64,000 bases of DNA from Janthinobacterium lividum (GCA_050955105.1 JBPBQZ010000002.1:3206-67205); one strand, 5' to 3'. Counted from the first letter of the stretch, positions 51,312-60,851 are shown. Program-made: numbers and translations. Notes: generated by a model not told the origin, from the letters alone.

Positions 51312-51962
51312 CTACTTCAACAGCAAACGAATGTCATGCACCCAAGGCGCCGCGCCCTGCCCATCCCGTGCGAACAAGCGCAGCTTGCCGTCTGGATCGA
51401 ACACATAGCTCGCGCCAGTGTGCGTGATGGTGTAATCGCCGGTAGCCGTAGCTGGATCCTTGGCGACATACACGTGAAAGCCTTTCGTGACAGCCGTCAG
51501 TTGCGCCGCGTCGGCCGGCCGCAAGCCGGCAAAACTCGGATTGAACGCGGTAACGTAGGCGTCGAGCGCCTGCGGCGTGTCGCGCTGTGGATCGACGGTG
51601 ACGAACAGCACCTGTACCTTGCCAGCGTCGCTGCCGAGTTGCGTCATCGCTTGCGCCAGCTCGGCCATGGTGGTCGGGCAAACATCCGGGCAATGTAAAT
51701 AACCGAAGAACAGCACCACGACCTTGCCGCGATAGTCGGCGATCGTGCGCAGGCGGCCATGCGTGTCGGGTAAGGCGAAATCGCTGGCGAAGCTGGTATT
51801 GCCGGACAGTTCCGGATTATCGAAAACCGGCTTCTGATCGCAGCCCGCGAGCGCGGTGCTCAGCAACGCTAAAGCGGCAAGCCACGTGAAGGCGCGACGC
51901 GCATGGCGCACCGCCGCGCCGACATGGCTGGAAAACGCGTACCGACGCCCGGGCTTCGACAA
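51312..51962 (-). CDS. SCO1/SenC-family copper chaperone (lipoprotein)
   Basis: The protein has the lipobox ALAGC, the CxxxC motif HCPDVCPTT, and downstream His in ITHTGASYVFD. The TTG start lies 1 nt after the cyoE stop. Confidence 0.88.
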   Translation of the reverse strand: MSKPGRRYAFSSHVGAAVRHARRAFTWLAALALLSTALAGCDQKPVFDNPELSGNTSFASDFALPDTHGRLRTIADYRGKVVVLFFGYLHCPDVCPTTMAELAQAMTQLGSDAGKVQVLFVTVDPQRDTPQALDAYVTAFNPSFAGLRPADAAQLTAVTKGFHVYVAKDPATATGDYTITHTGASYVFDPDGKLRLFARDGQGAAPWVHDIRLLLK

Positions 51963-51963
51963 C

Positions 51964-52923
51964 TTAGAACCCGATCCACGCGCGAACGTAGTGATCGATC
52001 AGCAAGGCTGCGAACAGCAAGGTCAGATAGACGATCGAATAACGGAAGGTCTGGCGCGCCAACGCATCGGAGTACTCACGCCAAATGCGCCACGCATAGC
52101 TGAGAAAGAGCGCGCCCAGCACGATCGCCGACGCCAGATAGACGACGCCACTCATGCGCGCGGCGAAAGGCATCAACGACACCGCGAACAGAATGATCGT
52201 GTAGAGCAGAATATGCAGCCGGGTGAATTTCTCGCCATGCGTGTTCGGCAGCATCGGCAGTCCTGCATTCTCGTAATCAGCGCGCCGATACAAAGCCAGC
52301 GCCCAGAAATGCGGGGGCGTCCAGACGAAGATGATGAGCACCAGAATCCACGCCTCGGCCGGCACGCTGCCGGTAACGGCGGCCCAGCCAAGCGCGGGCG
52401 GCATCGCGCCCGCAGCGCCCCCGATGACGATGTTCTGCGGCGTGGCTGGCTTCAGCAACAGCGTGTAGATCACCGCGTAGCCGACGAACGTGGCAATCGT
52501 CAGCCACATCGTCAGCGGATTGGTGAATTTGTAAAGCGTCCACATGCCGAGCGCGCCGAGCACGATCGAGAAAAGCAGGATCTGTGCGGTGGAAATTTGC
52601 CCGTTCGCGGAGGGTCGCCAGGCGGTGCGCCGCATCGCGGCGTCGATCTTTTGCTCGACCAGGCAGTTGACGGCGAATGCCGCGCCCGCCAGCAGGCCGA
52701 TGCCGACGGTACCGCCGATCAGCACACGCCAGGGCACCATGCCCGGCGTGGCCAGGAACATGCCGATCACCGCGCAGAACACCGCCAGTTGCGTCACGCG
52801 CGGCTTCGTCAGCGCCAGATATTGCGAGAGACGGTTGCCGGTGGGCGGGATAACGGTGGTATTCAGCGTTGCGCCAACGGTGGCTGGGGTAGCCGGCGTG
52901 CTTGGAGTGGTCGTGCTTTCCAT
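51964..52923 (-). CDS. cyoE: Heme o synthase (protoheme IX farnesyltransferase)
   Basis: The protein belongs to the UbiA prenyltransferase family. It has [18 protein letters not shown] and AMRRTAWRP, and it lies in the cox assembly cluster. Confidence 0.93.
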   Translation of the reverse strand: MESTTTPSTPATPATVGATLNTTVIPPTGNRLSQYLALTKPRVTQLAVFCAVIGMFLATPGMVPWRVLIGGTVGIGLLAGAAFAVNCLVEQKIDAAMRRTAWRPSANGQISTAQILLFSIVLGALGMWTLYKFTNPLTMWLTIATFVGYAVIYTLLLKPATPQNIVIGGAAGAMPPALGWAAVTGSVPAEAWILVLIIFVWTPPHFWALALYRRADYENAGLPMLPNTHGEKFTRLHILLYTIILFAVSLMPFAARMSGVVYLASAIVLGALFLSYAWRIWREYSDALARQTFRYSIVYLTLLFAALLIDHYVRAWIGF

Positions 52924-52942
52924 GTTCGGGCTATCGCGTGGA

Positions 52943-54043
52943 TCACGTTTGGATGGCTGCGCCAGTCGACGCGACCGCCGGGCCGAAACGGCTCGAAGCG
53001 AGGCGGTAGTTTAGCATGACGAGCGTCAACATCAGGATCGCGGCACCACCGTTGTGTGCCACCGCGTTGGCCAGCGGCCACCTCAGCAGAATATTGGACA
53101 TGCCGGTGCCCATCTGCACGAAAAGCAGCACCAGCAACACCTTTGCGGGACCCGCAAGGCGCGTAAAGCGCTTCAGCTTCAATGACAGCCAAAGCAGATA
53201 GGCGAACACGACGAAAGCGAATACGCGATGGGTCCAGTGGATCGCGATCAGTGCCTGCTGGCTGATGTAGTCACCATTCGCCGTCCGTCCTAGCGCACGC
53301 CACAGATGAAAGCCCTGCGCAAAATCCATCGACGGAACCCAGCGGCCCTGGCAGGTCGGAAAATCAAGGCACGCCAGCACCGCGTAGTTGGTACTGACCC
53401 AGCCACCGAGCGCAATCTGCACCACCAGCAATAGCAGGCCAGCGATTGCCGCCCACTGCCAGCCACCCGGCACCGCCTGGCCCGGCGGCACCGGCGTCAG
53501 GCTGGAGGCAATCCAGCCGAGGGTGCCCAGCAACACAAGCGCCAACAGCAAGTGCGTGGTCACGATCACCGGCTGCAGCTTGAGGGTGACGGTCCAGGCA
53601 CCGAAGGCGCCCTGCAAACAAACCAGCGCGAACAACAAGGTCGGCCACCAGGGCGAGAGCGGCAGGCTGCGGCGGCGTATCCAGCCGATCACCATCTGCA
53701 CCACGATCAGTGCCCCGAGCGCCATGGCGAGGTAACGATGGATCATTTCGATCCAGGCCTTGGTGATGGTAACCGGGCCGGTCGGTAGCGCTTGCTGTGC
53801 CGCGGAGATGGCTGCGTGCGCAATGAACGGCGACGAAGTGCCGTAACAGCCCGGCCAGTCAGGGCAACCCAGCCCCGAATCGGTCAGTCGCGTGAAGCTG
53901 CCGAACATGACGAGGTCGAGGGTGAGAAACGTCGTCACCCATAACAGCTTGCGAAACTTGCTGGTGTCGGCGGATACCCAGACGTACGACAGGGGCAGCA
54001 TCGCCACGCACAGGCCGATCAGGCCGAGTTGCAGGACAAACAT
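52943..54043 (-). CDS. ctaA: COX15/CtaA-family heme a synthase
   Basis: The 366-aa protein has 8 TMS. It carries [19 protein letters not shown] and paired His-containing helices (MIHRYLA, HLLLA, HWTHRV, AHNGGA). Confidence 0.88.
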   Translation of the reverse strand: MFVLQLGLIGLCVAMLPLSYVWVSADTSKFRKLLWVTTFLTLDLVMFGSFTRLTDSGLGCPDWPGCYGTSSPFIAHAAISAAQQALPTGPVTITKAWIEMIHRYLAMALGALIVVQMVIGWIRRRSLPLSPWWPTLLFALVCLQGAFGAWTVTLKLQPVIVTTHLLLALVLLGTLGWIASSLTPVPPGQAVPGGWQWAAIAGLLLLVVQIALGGWVSTNYAVLACLDFPTCQGRWVPSMDFAQGFHLWRALGRTANGDYISQQALIAIHWTHRVFAFVVFAYLLWLSLKLKRFTRLAGPAKVLLVLLFVQMGTGMSNILLRWPLANAVAHNGGAAILMLTLVMLNYRLASSRFGPAVASTGAAIQT

Positions 54044-54089
54044 TTCAAATCCATCGAGAACAGTACCGCGTGATCGCCGAGGCGCCGGA

Positions 54090-54749
54090 TCAACCGATGC
54101 CCGACCACTTCAATAGCTTGGTCAGATCGTTTTTGATTTTGCTCGGATCCGGATTCGACGGGAAGCGCATCATCAGATTGCCATTCGGATCGACCACATA
54201 GATATGGTCTTCGAGTCGCGTGTTCGGCGCGGCCGGCAGCCAGTCGGCCAGTTGCTGCCGGTCGACCACCGGCATTTGCGTGGTCGGATAGGCACGCCGT
54301 ACCACCTCGGGCACGCCGCCATCATCCGTGCGCAGCCAGACGGTCTCCACACGCTCGCGCTCGGCGCCCTGCGTAGCCTTGACCTGACGCATGAAATAGA
54401 GCTTCTTCACGCAGGCTTCTGCGCACTGGCTGGCGTCCACCGACACCAGCAGCCACTTGCCGCGCAAGCTCGAAAGCGGCACGCTGGCGCCCGCGTCGGT
54501 GTGCATCATCAGTGTGGCCGGAATCGGCCGTTGCGGGTCGATCAGCGCGCCATAGTTGGTCGAGCCGCCATGCGGCCTCACCACGAAATAGACAAAATAC
54601 GAGGCAATCACCGGGGCCACGCAAATGGCGATCACCAGCAGCAGCGTCAGACGCGCACGCCGCTGCTTGCGCGCGTCCAAGGTGCCGGTGCTTGCTGCGG
54701 GCGCGCCTCGCCCTGTGCCGGCGCCCACGCGTTGTTCCTTTGCTGCCAC
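54090..54749 (-). CDS. Membrane-anchored divergent SCO-like (thioredoxin-fold) protein of the cox assembly cluster
   Basis: There is an N-terminal TMS (LTLLLVIAICVAPVIASYFVYFVV). LRGKWLLVSVDASQCAEAC...EDHIYVVDPNGNLMMRF lines up with RGKVVVLFFGYLHCPDVC...THTGASYVFDPDGKLRLF of the SCO1 gene in this window. Confidence 0.55.
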   Translation of the reverse strand: MAAKEQRVGAGTGRGAPAASTGTLDARKQRRARLTLLLVIAICVAPVIASYFVYFVVRPHGGSTNYGALIDPQRPIPATLMMHTDAGASVPLSSLRGKWLLVSVDASQCAEACVKKLYFMRQVKATQGAERERVETVWLRTDDGGVPEVVRRAYPTTQMPVVDRQQLADWLPAAPNTRLEDHIYVVDPNGNLMMRFPSNPDPSKIKNDLTKLLKWSGIG

Positions 54750-54822
54750 ATCGCCTCGCTTCAGGTCCTGCCGACGAATTCGCCGGCTGCCCCTGCCATA
54801 TCCTGTCTAGAACTACGCCCGC

Positions 54823-55575
54823 CTAAAGCGGGCCCTGGCGCACTCTACTGCGTGCAGTCGTGCCAGCGCCCGCGGCTTTTCTGGCCGCCTGACGCGCCGC
54901 GTAAAGCCCGAACAACAGCGCTACCAACGCCATCGACCACCACTGCACCATATAACCGTAATTGCGTTCGACCCCCAGCGTCGGCGGCGGCCAGTCGCGC
55001 ACCAGGCCATCGCCCGTGTCAGACGTTTCGAACATCACGAAAGGTTGCAGCGGCAGGCCAATTTCGCGCGCATAGGCATGCACGTCCAGATTCTGTCTGA
55101 TCGGGCCCGATGCGGCGCTGTCGGCACCGCCCAACTGAAAGGCGCGGCTGGCATCGGCGCGCGCCACTCCTTCGATATAGACCTGACCGGGCGGCGTCTT
55201 GTAGGGCGCGATCGCGTTCATATCGGTCGACGCGCGCGGCAGCCAGCCGCGATTCACCAATACATAGCCGCCGTTCGCCAACTGCATCGGCATCACCACA
55301 TAAAACCCCGGCTGATCATCGTACGGGCGATTCTGCAGATAGACGACGCGCTCGGGCATGAATCGTCCGCTCGCGCGAACGCGATGGTACTCGATCGATG
55401 CGAGCGGCAGCGTGTCGCGCCCGACGGTTTGCGGCGCGGCTTGCTCAAAGTGCGTGATCGCCTGCTGACGTGCTTCCTTTTGTCGCGCCCGGCCAAGCTG
55501 CCAGAAGCCCAACGCGATCGTCACGGCCATCACAAAAGCCACCGCGAAGGCTGGCCAGAAACGGATTCTCAGCAT
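54823..55575 (-). CDS. SURF1-family cytochrome oxidase biogenesis protein
   Basis: The ORF is trimmed to the ATG at 55575, giving MLRIRFWPAFAVAFVMAVTIALGFWQLGRARQK. The protein has VNRGWLP and a C-terminal TMS. The upstream 51 codons of the track ORF overlap the divergent promoter region. Confidence 0.85.
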   Translation of the reverse strand: MLRIRFWPAFAVAFVMAVTIALGFWQLGRARQKEARQQAITHFEQAAPQTVGRDTLPLASIEYHRVRASGRFMPERVVYLQNRPYDDQPGFYVVMPMQLANGGYVLVNRGWLPRASTDMNAIAPYKTPPGQVYIEGVARADASRAFQLGGADSAASGPIRQNLDVHAYAREIGLPLQPFVMFETSDTGDGLVRDWPPPTLGVERNYGYMVQWWSMALVALLFGLYAARQAARKAAGAGTTARSRVRQGPL

Positions 55576-55653
55576 GGGATGGGGCAAGTCGCCGCAATCG
55601 GCCGAGTGGCCGCGGTGAGATAATGCGCGACATACGATTTCTGAGTCTTTGTC

Positions 55654-55857
55654 ATGCACGTCCTCGTTGCAGTCGCGTTCGTTCTCATCATCGCCAGTCT
55701 CGCCTCGGCGCTGTATTTCATGATGCACGATCGGGGCAACAGCAAACGTATGGTGTATTCGCTGGCATTGCGGGTGGGGTTTTCCATCGCACTATTCCTG
55801 TTCATTCTGTTCTCGAACTGGATGGGATGGATCCACAGCACCGGCATTCCCTATTGA
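55654..55857 (+). CDS. Twin-transmembrane-helix small protein (DUF2909 / HIG1-like)
   Basis: The 67-aa protein has two TMS separated by HDRGNSKRM. The position between SURF1 and ctaE is conserved. Confidence 0.7.
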   Translation: MHVLVAVAFVLIIASLASALYFMMHDRGNSKRMVYSLALRVGFSIALFLFILFSNWMGWIHSTGIPY

Positions 55858-55903
55858 TCGACCGGTAGGTCTCGCGCGCGTCGATGGGTGTTTCCGCCGG
55901 CTT

Positions 55904-55924
55904 GATGCCGGGCGGCCCGGCATC
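55904..55924. terminator. Hairpin between convergent DUF2909 gene and ctaE
   Basis: The sequence GATGCCGGG-cgg-CCCGGCATC has a perfect 9-bp stem. There is no clear T-run. Confidence 0.4.
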
Positions 55925-56014
55925 GCCGCACTGGCGGAGATCGATGCGGAACCAGCGCGACGCCGACAGCGCCGGCCGGTCCATCAAGCCCCAGCCGACG
56001 CCACATTCAGCTCA

Positions 56015-56875
56015 TCAGAGCCAGTAGACCACCACGTACAGACCCAGCCACACCACGTCGACGAAGTGCCAATACCAGGCAGCGCCTTCGAAGGCGAAAT
56101 GATGCTCGGGCGTAAAGTGACCACGCAACACGCGCACCAGCACCACGGTCAGCATCAAAGCACCGAGCGTCACGTGGAAGCCGTGGAAACCTGTCAGCAG
56201 GAAGAACGTGGAGCCGTAGGCGCCCGAGGTCAGCTTCAGATTGAGTTCGTTATAGGCGTGGAAATACTCGAAACCCTGCATGAACAGGAAGCACACGCCC
56301 AACAGAATCGTCGCGGCCAACCAAATCGCCGCCTTGCGCCGATGATCTTCGCGCAATGCATGGTGCGACACCGTCAACGTCGCGCCGGAAGTCAGCAGCA
56401 GCGCGGTATTGATGGTTGGCACAGGCCACGGTGTCATCGAACGGAATTGCGAGACCAGGCCAGCCGGTCCGCCGTTCGGCCAGACTGCCGTGAAATCGGG
56501 CCACAGCAATTTGTTGTCGATATCGCCGAGCATGCCGGTGGCGAAATGACGCGCATAGAACAAGGCGCCGAAGAACGCCGCAAAAAACATCACTTCGGAG
56601 AAGATGAACCAGCTCATGCTCCAGCGGTATGACGAATCCACGCGCGTGCCGTAGCGGCCGCCTTCCGATTCGGCAATCGCGTCGCCGAACCAGTGATACA
56701 GCACCCAGAACAGGAAGAGCAGCCCTAGCAGGAACGTGAAGGGCGCCCAGGTGTGCCCGTTCAACCACTGTGCCAGCGAGAACATCATGACGAGCAAGCC
56801 GCATGACGCCGTGATCGGGTGCCGGGACGGATTCGGAACGAAGTAGTAAGGCACCTTCTCGTTATGCGTGCTCAT
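56015..56875 (-). CDS. ctaE: Cytochrome c oxidase subunit III
   Basis: The ATG at 56875 has GGGAGAG upstream. The protein has GFHGFHVTLGALML and WYWHFVDVVWL. Confidence 0.93.
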   Translation of the reverse strand: MSTHNEKVPYYFVPNPSRHPITASCGLLVMMFSLAQWLNGHTWAPFTFLLGLLFLFWVLYHWFGDAIAESEGGRYGTRVDSSYRWSMSWFIFSEVMFFAAFFGALFYARHFATGMLGDIDNKLLWPDFTAVWPNGGPAGLVSQFRSMTPWPVPTINTALLLTSGATLTVSHHALREDHRRKAAIWLAATILLGVCFLFMQGFEYFHAYNELNLKLTSGAYGSTFFLLTGFHGFHVTLGALMLTVVLVRVLRGHFTPEHHFAFEGAAWYWHFVDVVWLGLYVVVYWL

Positions 56876-56941
56876 TGTTGTCTCTCCCTTACACCGTCTG
56901 GAATTCATGGGAGCGGCGCGCGGACGCCCTCCCGTACTTGC

Positions 56942-57127
56942 TTAACGCGTCACCAGGCTCACGATGACGATCAATATGCCGATAAAAACCGCCGCGCCGA
57001 TCAGTGCGGCGATGACTAGATGCAGCGGATTCAGCTGCGTCAGGTCACTTGCATGGTCGCGGCCCTTGCGCACGCCGAAAAACGACCAGAACACCGCCTT
57101 CATCGATTTTGCGAAGCTGCCGCTCAT
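56942..57127 (-). CDS. DUF2970 small membrane protein
   Basis: The 61-aa protein has KAVFWSFFGVRKGRDHASD...LNPLHLVIAALIGAAVF, typical of the family found in cox clusters. Confidence 0.7.
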   Translation of the reverse strand: MSGSFAKSMKAVFWSFFGVRKGRDHASDLTQLNPLHLVIAALIGAAVFIGILIVIVSLVTR

Positions 57128-57160
57128 TGCATGGGTCCGTTGACGATCGACGCGACCGAC

Positions 57161-57304
57161 TCAGCGCGAGACCAGTTGCTGAACGATCATGCCGAAGAAA
57201 AATACCAGCACCACCGATAGCAGGATCAACCCGAGTCGCAGATTGGCCGCGCGCACGCCGCGGCTTAATCTCGGATCATTCGATTCGGGCTTGTTCGACG
57301 TCAT
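57161..57304 (-). CDS. Cytochrome oxidase small assembly protein-like single-TMS peptide
   Basis: The 47-aa peptide reads MTSNKPESNDPRLSRGVRAANLRLGLILLSVVLVFFFGMIVQQLVSR. An alternative ATG at 57322 overlaps the ctaD stop (ATGA). Confidence 0.6.
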   Translation of the reverse strand: MTSNKPESNDPRLSRGVRAANLRLGLILLSVVLVFFFGMIVQQLVSR

Positions 57305-57318
57305 ATCGGCAGTTGCCT

Positions 57319-58920
57319 TCATTCCACGGTCGGCGGCGTTTCGAAGGTATGGAACGGCGCCGGACTCGGAATCGTCCACTCCAGCCCTTGTCCACCATCC
57401 CACGGATTCGCCGACGCTTTTGCGTGACCCGGGCTACCGCGATATGCGGGCAGTGCCACGAAGAACAGGAAATAGACCTGGGCGAGACCGAAGCCGAAAG
57501 CGCCGATGGTTGCCAGCTGGTTGAAGTCGGTGAACTGCGCCGGGTAATCGGCGTAGCGACGCGGCATGCCAGCGAGGCCGAGGAAGTGCATCGGGAAGAA
57601 GGTGACGTTGAAGAAGATCAACGACGCCCAGAAGTGAATCTTGCCGCGCCGTTCGTTGTACATATAGCCGGACCATTTCGGCGACCAGTAGTACCACCCC
57701 GAGAACAGCGCGAACAGCGAGCCGGCTACCAACACGTAGTGGAAATGCGCCACCACGTAGTAAGTGCCGTGCATCGCAATGTCGAGCGGGGCCACCGACA
57801 GGATCAGGCCGGTGAAGCCGCCGATCGTGAACACGAACAGGAAGCCGATGGCGAACAGCATCGGCGTTTCGAAGCTCAGCGCGCCACGCCACATGGTGGC
57901 GACCCAGTTGAACACCTTCACGCCGGTCGGCACCGCGATCAGCATGGTCGCGTACATGAAGAACAACTGGCCAGTAACCGGCATGCCCACCGCGAACATG
58001 TGGTGAGCCCAGACCATGAACGACAGAATCGCGATCGATGCCGTGGCATAGACCATCGAGCTATAACCGAACAGCGGCTTGCGCGAGAACGACGGAATCA
58101 CTTCCGAAATGATGCCGAACGCCGGCAAGATCATGATGTACACCTCTGGATGCCCGAAGAACCAGAAGATGTGTTGATACATGACCGGATCGCCGCCGCC
58201 CGCGGCATTGAAGAACGACGTGCCGAAGTGCCGATCGAACAGCACCATCGTGATCGCCCCGGCAAGCACCGGCATCACCGCGATCAGCAGATAGGCAGTG
58301 ATCAGCCAGGTCCAGACGAACATCGGCATCTTCATCAAGGTCATGCCCGGCGCTCTCAGATTGAGCACTGTGACAATGATGTTGATCGCCCCCATGATCG
58401 AGGACGCCCCCATGATGTGGATCGCGAAAATCGCCAGATCCATACCCGGACCCATTTGCACCGACAGCGGCGCATACAGCGTCCAGCCCGCGGCGGTGGC
58501 GCCGCCCGGCACGAAGAACGACGACGTCAACAACACGGAGGCCAGCGGCAGCAGCCAGAAGCTGAAGTTGTTCATGCGCGCGAACGCCATGTCCGATGCG
58601 CCGATCTGCAGCGGGATCATCCAGTTCGCGAAACCGACGAAGGCCGGCATGATCGCGCCGAAGATCATGTACAGGCCGTGCATGGTCGTCAGCTGGTTGA
58701 AGAACTCCGGCCGCATGATCTGCAGCCCGGGCTCGAACAGCTCGGAGCGGATCAGCAGCGCCATGACGCCGCCCGACAGGAACATCGTGAAAGAAAATAT
58801 CAGGTACAGCGTGCCGATGTCCTTGTGGTTGGTCGCATACAGCCAGCGACGCCAACCGACCGGGTGGCCGTGCGCATGATCATCGTGACCTGCTGCATGG
58901 TCGTGAACGATCGTCGTCAT
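57319..58920 (-). CDS. ctaD: Cytochrome c oxidase subunit I
   Basis: The protein has WLYATNHKDIGTLYL, WFFGHPEVYI and HHMF, the canonical heme-copper oxidase motifs. Confidence 0.97.
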   Translation of the reverse strand: MTTIVHDHAAGHDDHAHGHPVGWRRWLYATNHKDIGTLYLIFSFTMFLSGGVMALLIRSELFEPGLQIMRPEFFNQLTTMHGLYMIFGAIMPAFVGFANWMIPLQIGASDMAFARMNNFSFWLLPLASVLLTSSFFVPGGATAAGWTLYAPLSVQMGPGMDLAIFAIHIMGASSIMGAINIIVTVLNLRAPGMTLMKMPMFVWTWLITAYLLIAVMPVLAGAITMVLFDRHFGTSFFNAAGGGDPVMYQHIFWFFGHPEVYIMILPAFGIISEVIPSFSRKPLFGYSSMVYATASIAILSFMVWAHHMFAVGMPVTGQLFFMYATMLIAVPTGVKVFNWVATMWRGALSFETPMLFAIGFLFVFTIGGFTGLILSVAPLDIAMHGTYYVVAHFHYVLVAGSLFALFSGWYYWSPKWSGYMYNERRGKIHFWASLIFFNVTFFPMHFLGLAGMPRRYADYPAQFTDFNQLATIGAFGFGLAQVYFLFFVALPAYRGSPGHAKASANPWDGGQGLEWTIPSPAPFHTFETPPTVE

Positions 58921-59008
58921 AACACTCTCCTAAATATTCCGAGCTGCCGCTGAACCTGCTGCTACTGAATCCATTACCGCCGCCGAACGGTTGATCGCCG
59001 AGGCCGCC

Positions 59009-60304
59009 TTAGGCGGCCGTACCCGCACGATCGATACCGACTTTGTCACGATTCACTTGTTTTTGTGCACTGTCTGCCGGCGCATTTTTCACGTCGGCGG
59101 CCTTCGCCACGCGGGTCGCAGCCGTGGCCGCTGCCGGCACCGCTGCCTGCTTGCTACCGCGCGCCTGCGTCACCTGCTTCGGCTGAATCACGTCACCGGT
59201 GTGGTTGCCCCAGCTGTTGCGTTCGTAGGTAATCACCGAGGCGATTTCCACGTCGTTCAGCGTCGGCGCCCATGAAGGCATCTGGCCCTTGCCGTGCAAG
59301 ACGATGTTGATGTGATCCGCCACCGGGCCATTGACCACCTTCGAGCCGTCGAGCGCCGGGAACGGACCGCCGCCCTTGCCCGTGGGCTGGTGGCAGACCG
59401 CGCAATTGTTCAGGTAGACATGCATGCCGCGGTCTTTCAACTCATCCGCGGTGTAGGTCTTGTTAGGATCGTCGGCGGCCACGGCCATGGCCGCCTTTTG
59501 CACCGTAACCCATTTCGCATAATCGTCGTCCGAGACCACATTGACGACGACCGGCATGAACGAATGCTCCTTGCCGCACAGCTCGGTACAGAAGCCGCGG
59601 AAGGTACCGGTACGATCGGCCTTGAACCAGGTTTCACGCACGAAGCCGGGGAAGGCATCCTGCTTGACGCCGAACGCCGGCACGTACCATGAATGCACGA
59701 CGTCTTCAGCCGTGGTCAGGATACGAATCTTGCGATTCACCGGCACCACCAGCGGGTGATCGACTTCCTGCAAATAAGTATCGGTCTTCGGCATCTGACC
59801 ATCGACTTCGGCGCGCGGCGTGGCCAGCGTCGACAAGAAGCTGATGCCTTCGCCAGGACCCTTCACATACTCGTAGCCCCACTTCCACTGATAACCGGTG
59901 ACTTTGACGGTCAGGTCGGCGTTCGAAGTGTCTTTCATTTCCACGACCGCTCGCGTGGCCGGCAATGCCATGCCGATGACGATCAGGAAGGGCACGATCG
60001 TCCAGATGATTTCGACGGTCGTGCTTTCGTGGAAATTGGCGGGTTTGAATCCTTTCGACTTGCGGTGGACGATGATCGAATAGAGCATCACACCGAACAC
60101 GCCGATGAAGATCACCAGACAGATGATCAGCATCATCGTGTGCAGACTGTACTGGGTAGCCGCTACGCCGGTGGCCGGTCTCTGGAAATTGAGTTCGTAC
60201 AGTGCGGGACCACCAGGGCTGTCTCCTACTGCCTGCGCCGCACCTGCGGTCAGCAGCGAACCTCCGGCCAGCACGGCCGCCAGGGCCCGTTTGATTGTTT
60301 TCAT
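59009..60304 (-). CDS. ctaC: Cytochrome c oxidase subunit II with fused C-terminal cytochrome c domain
   Basis: The ATG at 60304 starts a signal peptide (MKTIKRALAAVLAGGSLLTAGAAQA). The CuA site is HSWYVPAFGVKQD...FCTELCGKEHSFM. The heme c motif is CAVCH, and there is a low-complexity tail. Confidence 0.93.
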   Translation of the reverse strand: MKTIKRALAAVLAGGSLLTAGAAQAVGDSPGGPALYELNFQRPATGVAATQYSLHTMMLIICLVIFIGVFGVMLYSIIVHRKSKGFKPANFHESTTVEIIWTIVPFLIVIGMALPATRAVVEMKDTSNADLTVKVTGYQWKWGYEYVKGPGEGISFLSTLATPRAEVDGQMPKTDTYLQEVDHPLVVPVNRKIRILTTAEDVVHSWYVPAFGVKQDAFPGFVRETWFKADRTGTFRGFCTELCGKEHSFMPVVVNVVSDDDYAKWVTVQKAAMAVAADDPNKTYTADELKDRGMHVYLNNCAVCHQPTGKGGGPFPALDGSKVVNGPVADHINIVLHGKGQMPSWAPTLNDVEIASVITYERNSWGNHTGDVIQPKQVTQARGSKQAAVPAAATAATRVAKAADVKNAPADSAQKQVNRDKVGIDRAGTAA

Positions 60305-60374
60305 GGATTCCTTACCCAAAATTGCCATTCCACCGCAGGACCCCTTCCCCCCGTCCCGCTTCGCCGATGCCCGC

Positions 60375-60851
60375 TCAGCCGCACCGCTTCAGCCAGAGCC
60401 GTAGTTCCCGCGCGAACTCTTCACGTCTGTGCAGCGCGAGATGCCGCCCGATTGCCACCGACTCCCCCGACGACCAGAGGGTAATCTGGTCGCGAGCCGT
60501 CGCGCCTGGCTCTACCCTGACCCACCGCGGGTTGAACTCCAGATGTGTCAGACGTTCGGCGCACATGCTTTCGACTACCAGTTGATTCTCGCAAAGCCGA
60601 ATGTACTCGTAGTCCACCGCATGCCGGGCATACATCAACAAGGCGATGCCCAGCGCCAGCAGTTCGATTCCCGTGAACGGCAAAACCATCCACGCGCCGT
60701 GTGCCACCCAAAAAACCGCAACGGTCAGCGAAAAACAGAAAAGGGAGAGATAGAAGAGCGCGACCTGACGCGGCGTCATCGAGCAGTTGCGCCTGAGCGT
60801 CCACTCTTTGAGCATCGTTTCGGATTCATCGCGCCGCTCGCCCGCATCCAT
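60375..60851 (-). CDS. DUF2244 membrane protein (cytochrome c oxidase-associated)
   Basis: The ATG at 60851 has GGAGG 5 nt upstream, with an alternative ATG at 60815. The protein has WTLRRNCSMTPRQ followed by two TMS and a C-terminal soluble domain. Confidence 0.65.
   Translation of the reverse strand: MDAGERRDESETMLKEWTLRRNCSMTPRQVALFYLSLFCFSLTVAVFWVAHGAWMVLPFTGIELLALGIALLMYARHAVDYEYIRLCENQLVVESMCAERLTHLEFNPRWVRVEPGATARDQITLWSSGESVAIGRHLALHRREEFARELRLWLKRCG

Noticed and set aside
51127-51408. 93-aa plus-strand ORF after cydB.
   Set aside because: It is out of frame with the much better supported 31-aa cydX, and it runs antisense into the SCO1 gene.
54090-54749. Whether this 219-aa gene could be the missing Cox11/CtaG.
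   Set aside because: The sequence aligns with SCO-type thioredoxin-fold proteins (CxxxC plus the YVVDPNG strand). It does not align with the Cox11 soluble domain.
57049-58953. 634-aa plus-strand ORF.
   Set aside because: It is antisense to ctaD (cytochrome c oxidase subunit I). Its composition is Arg/His/Glu-rich low complexity.
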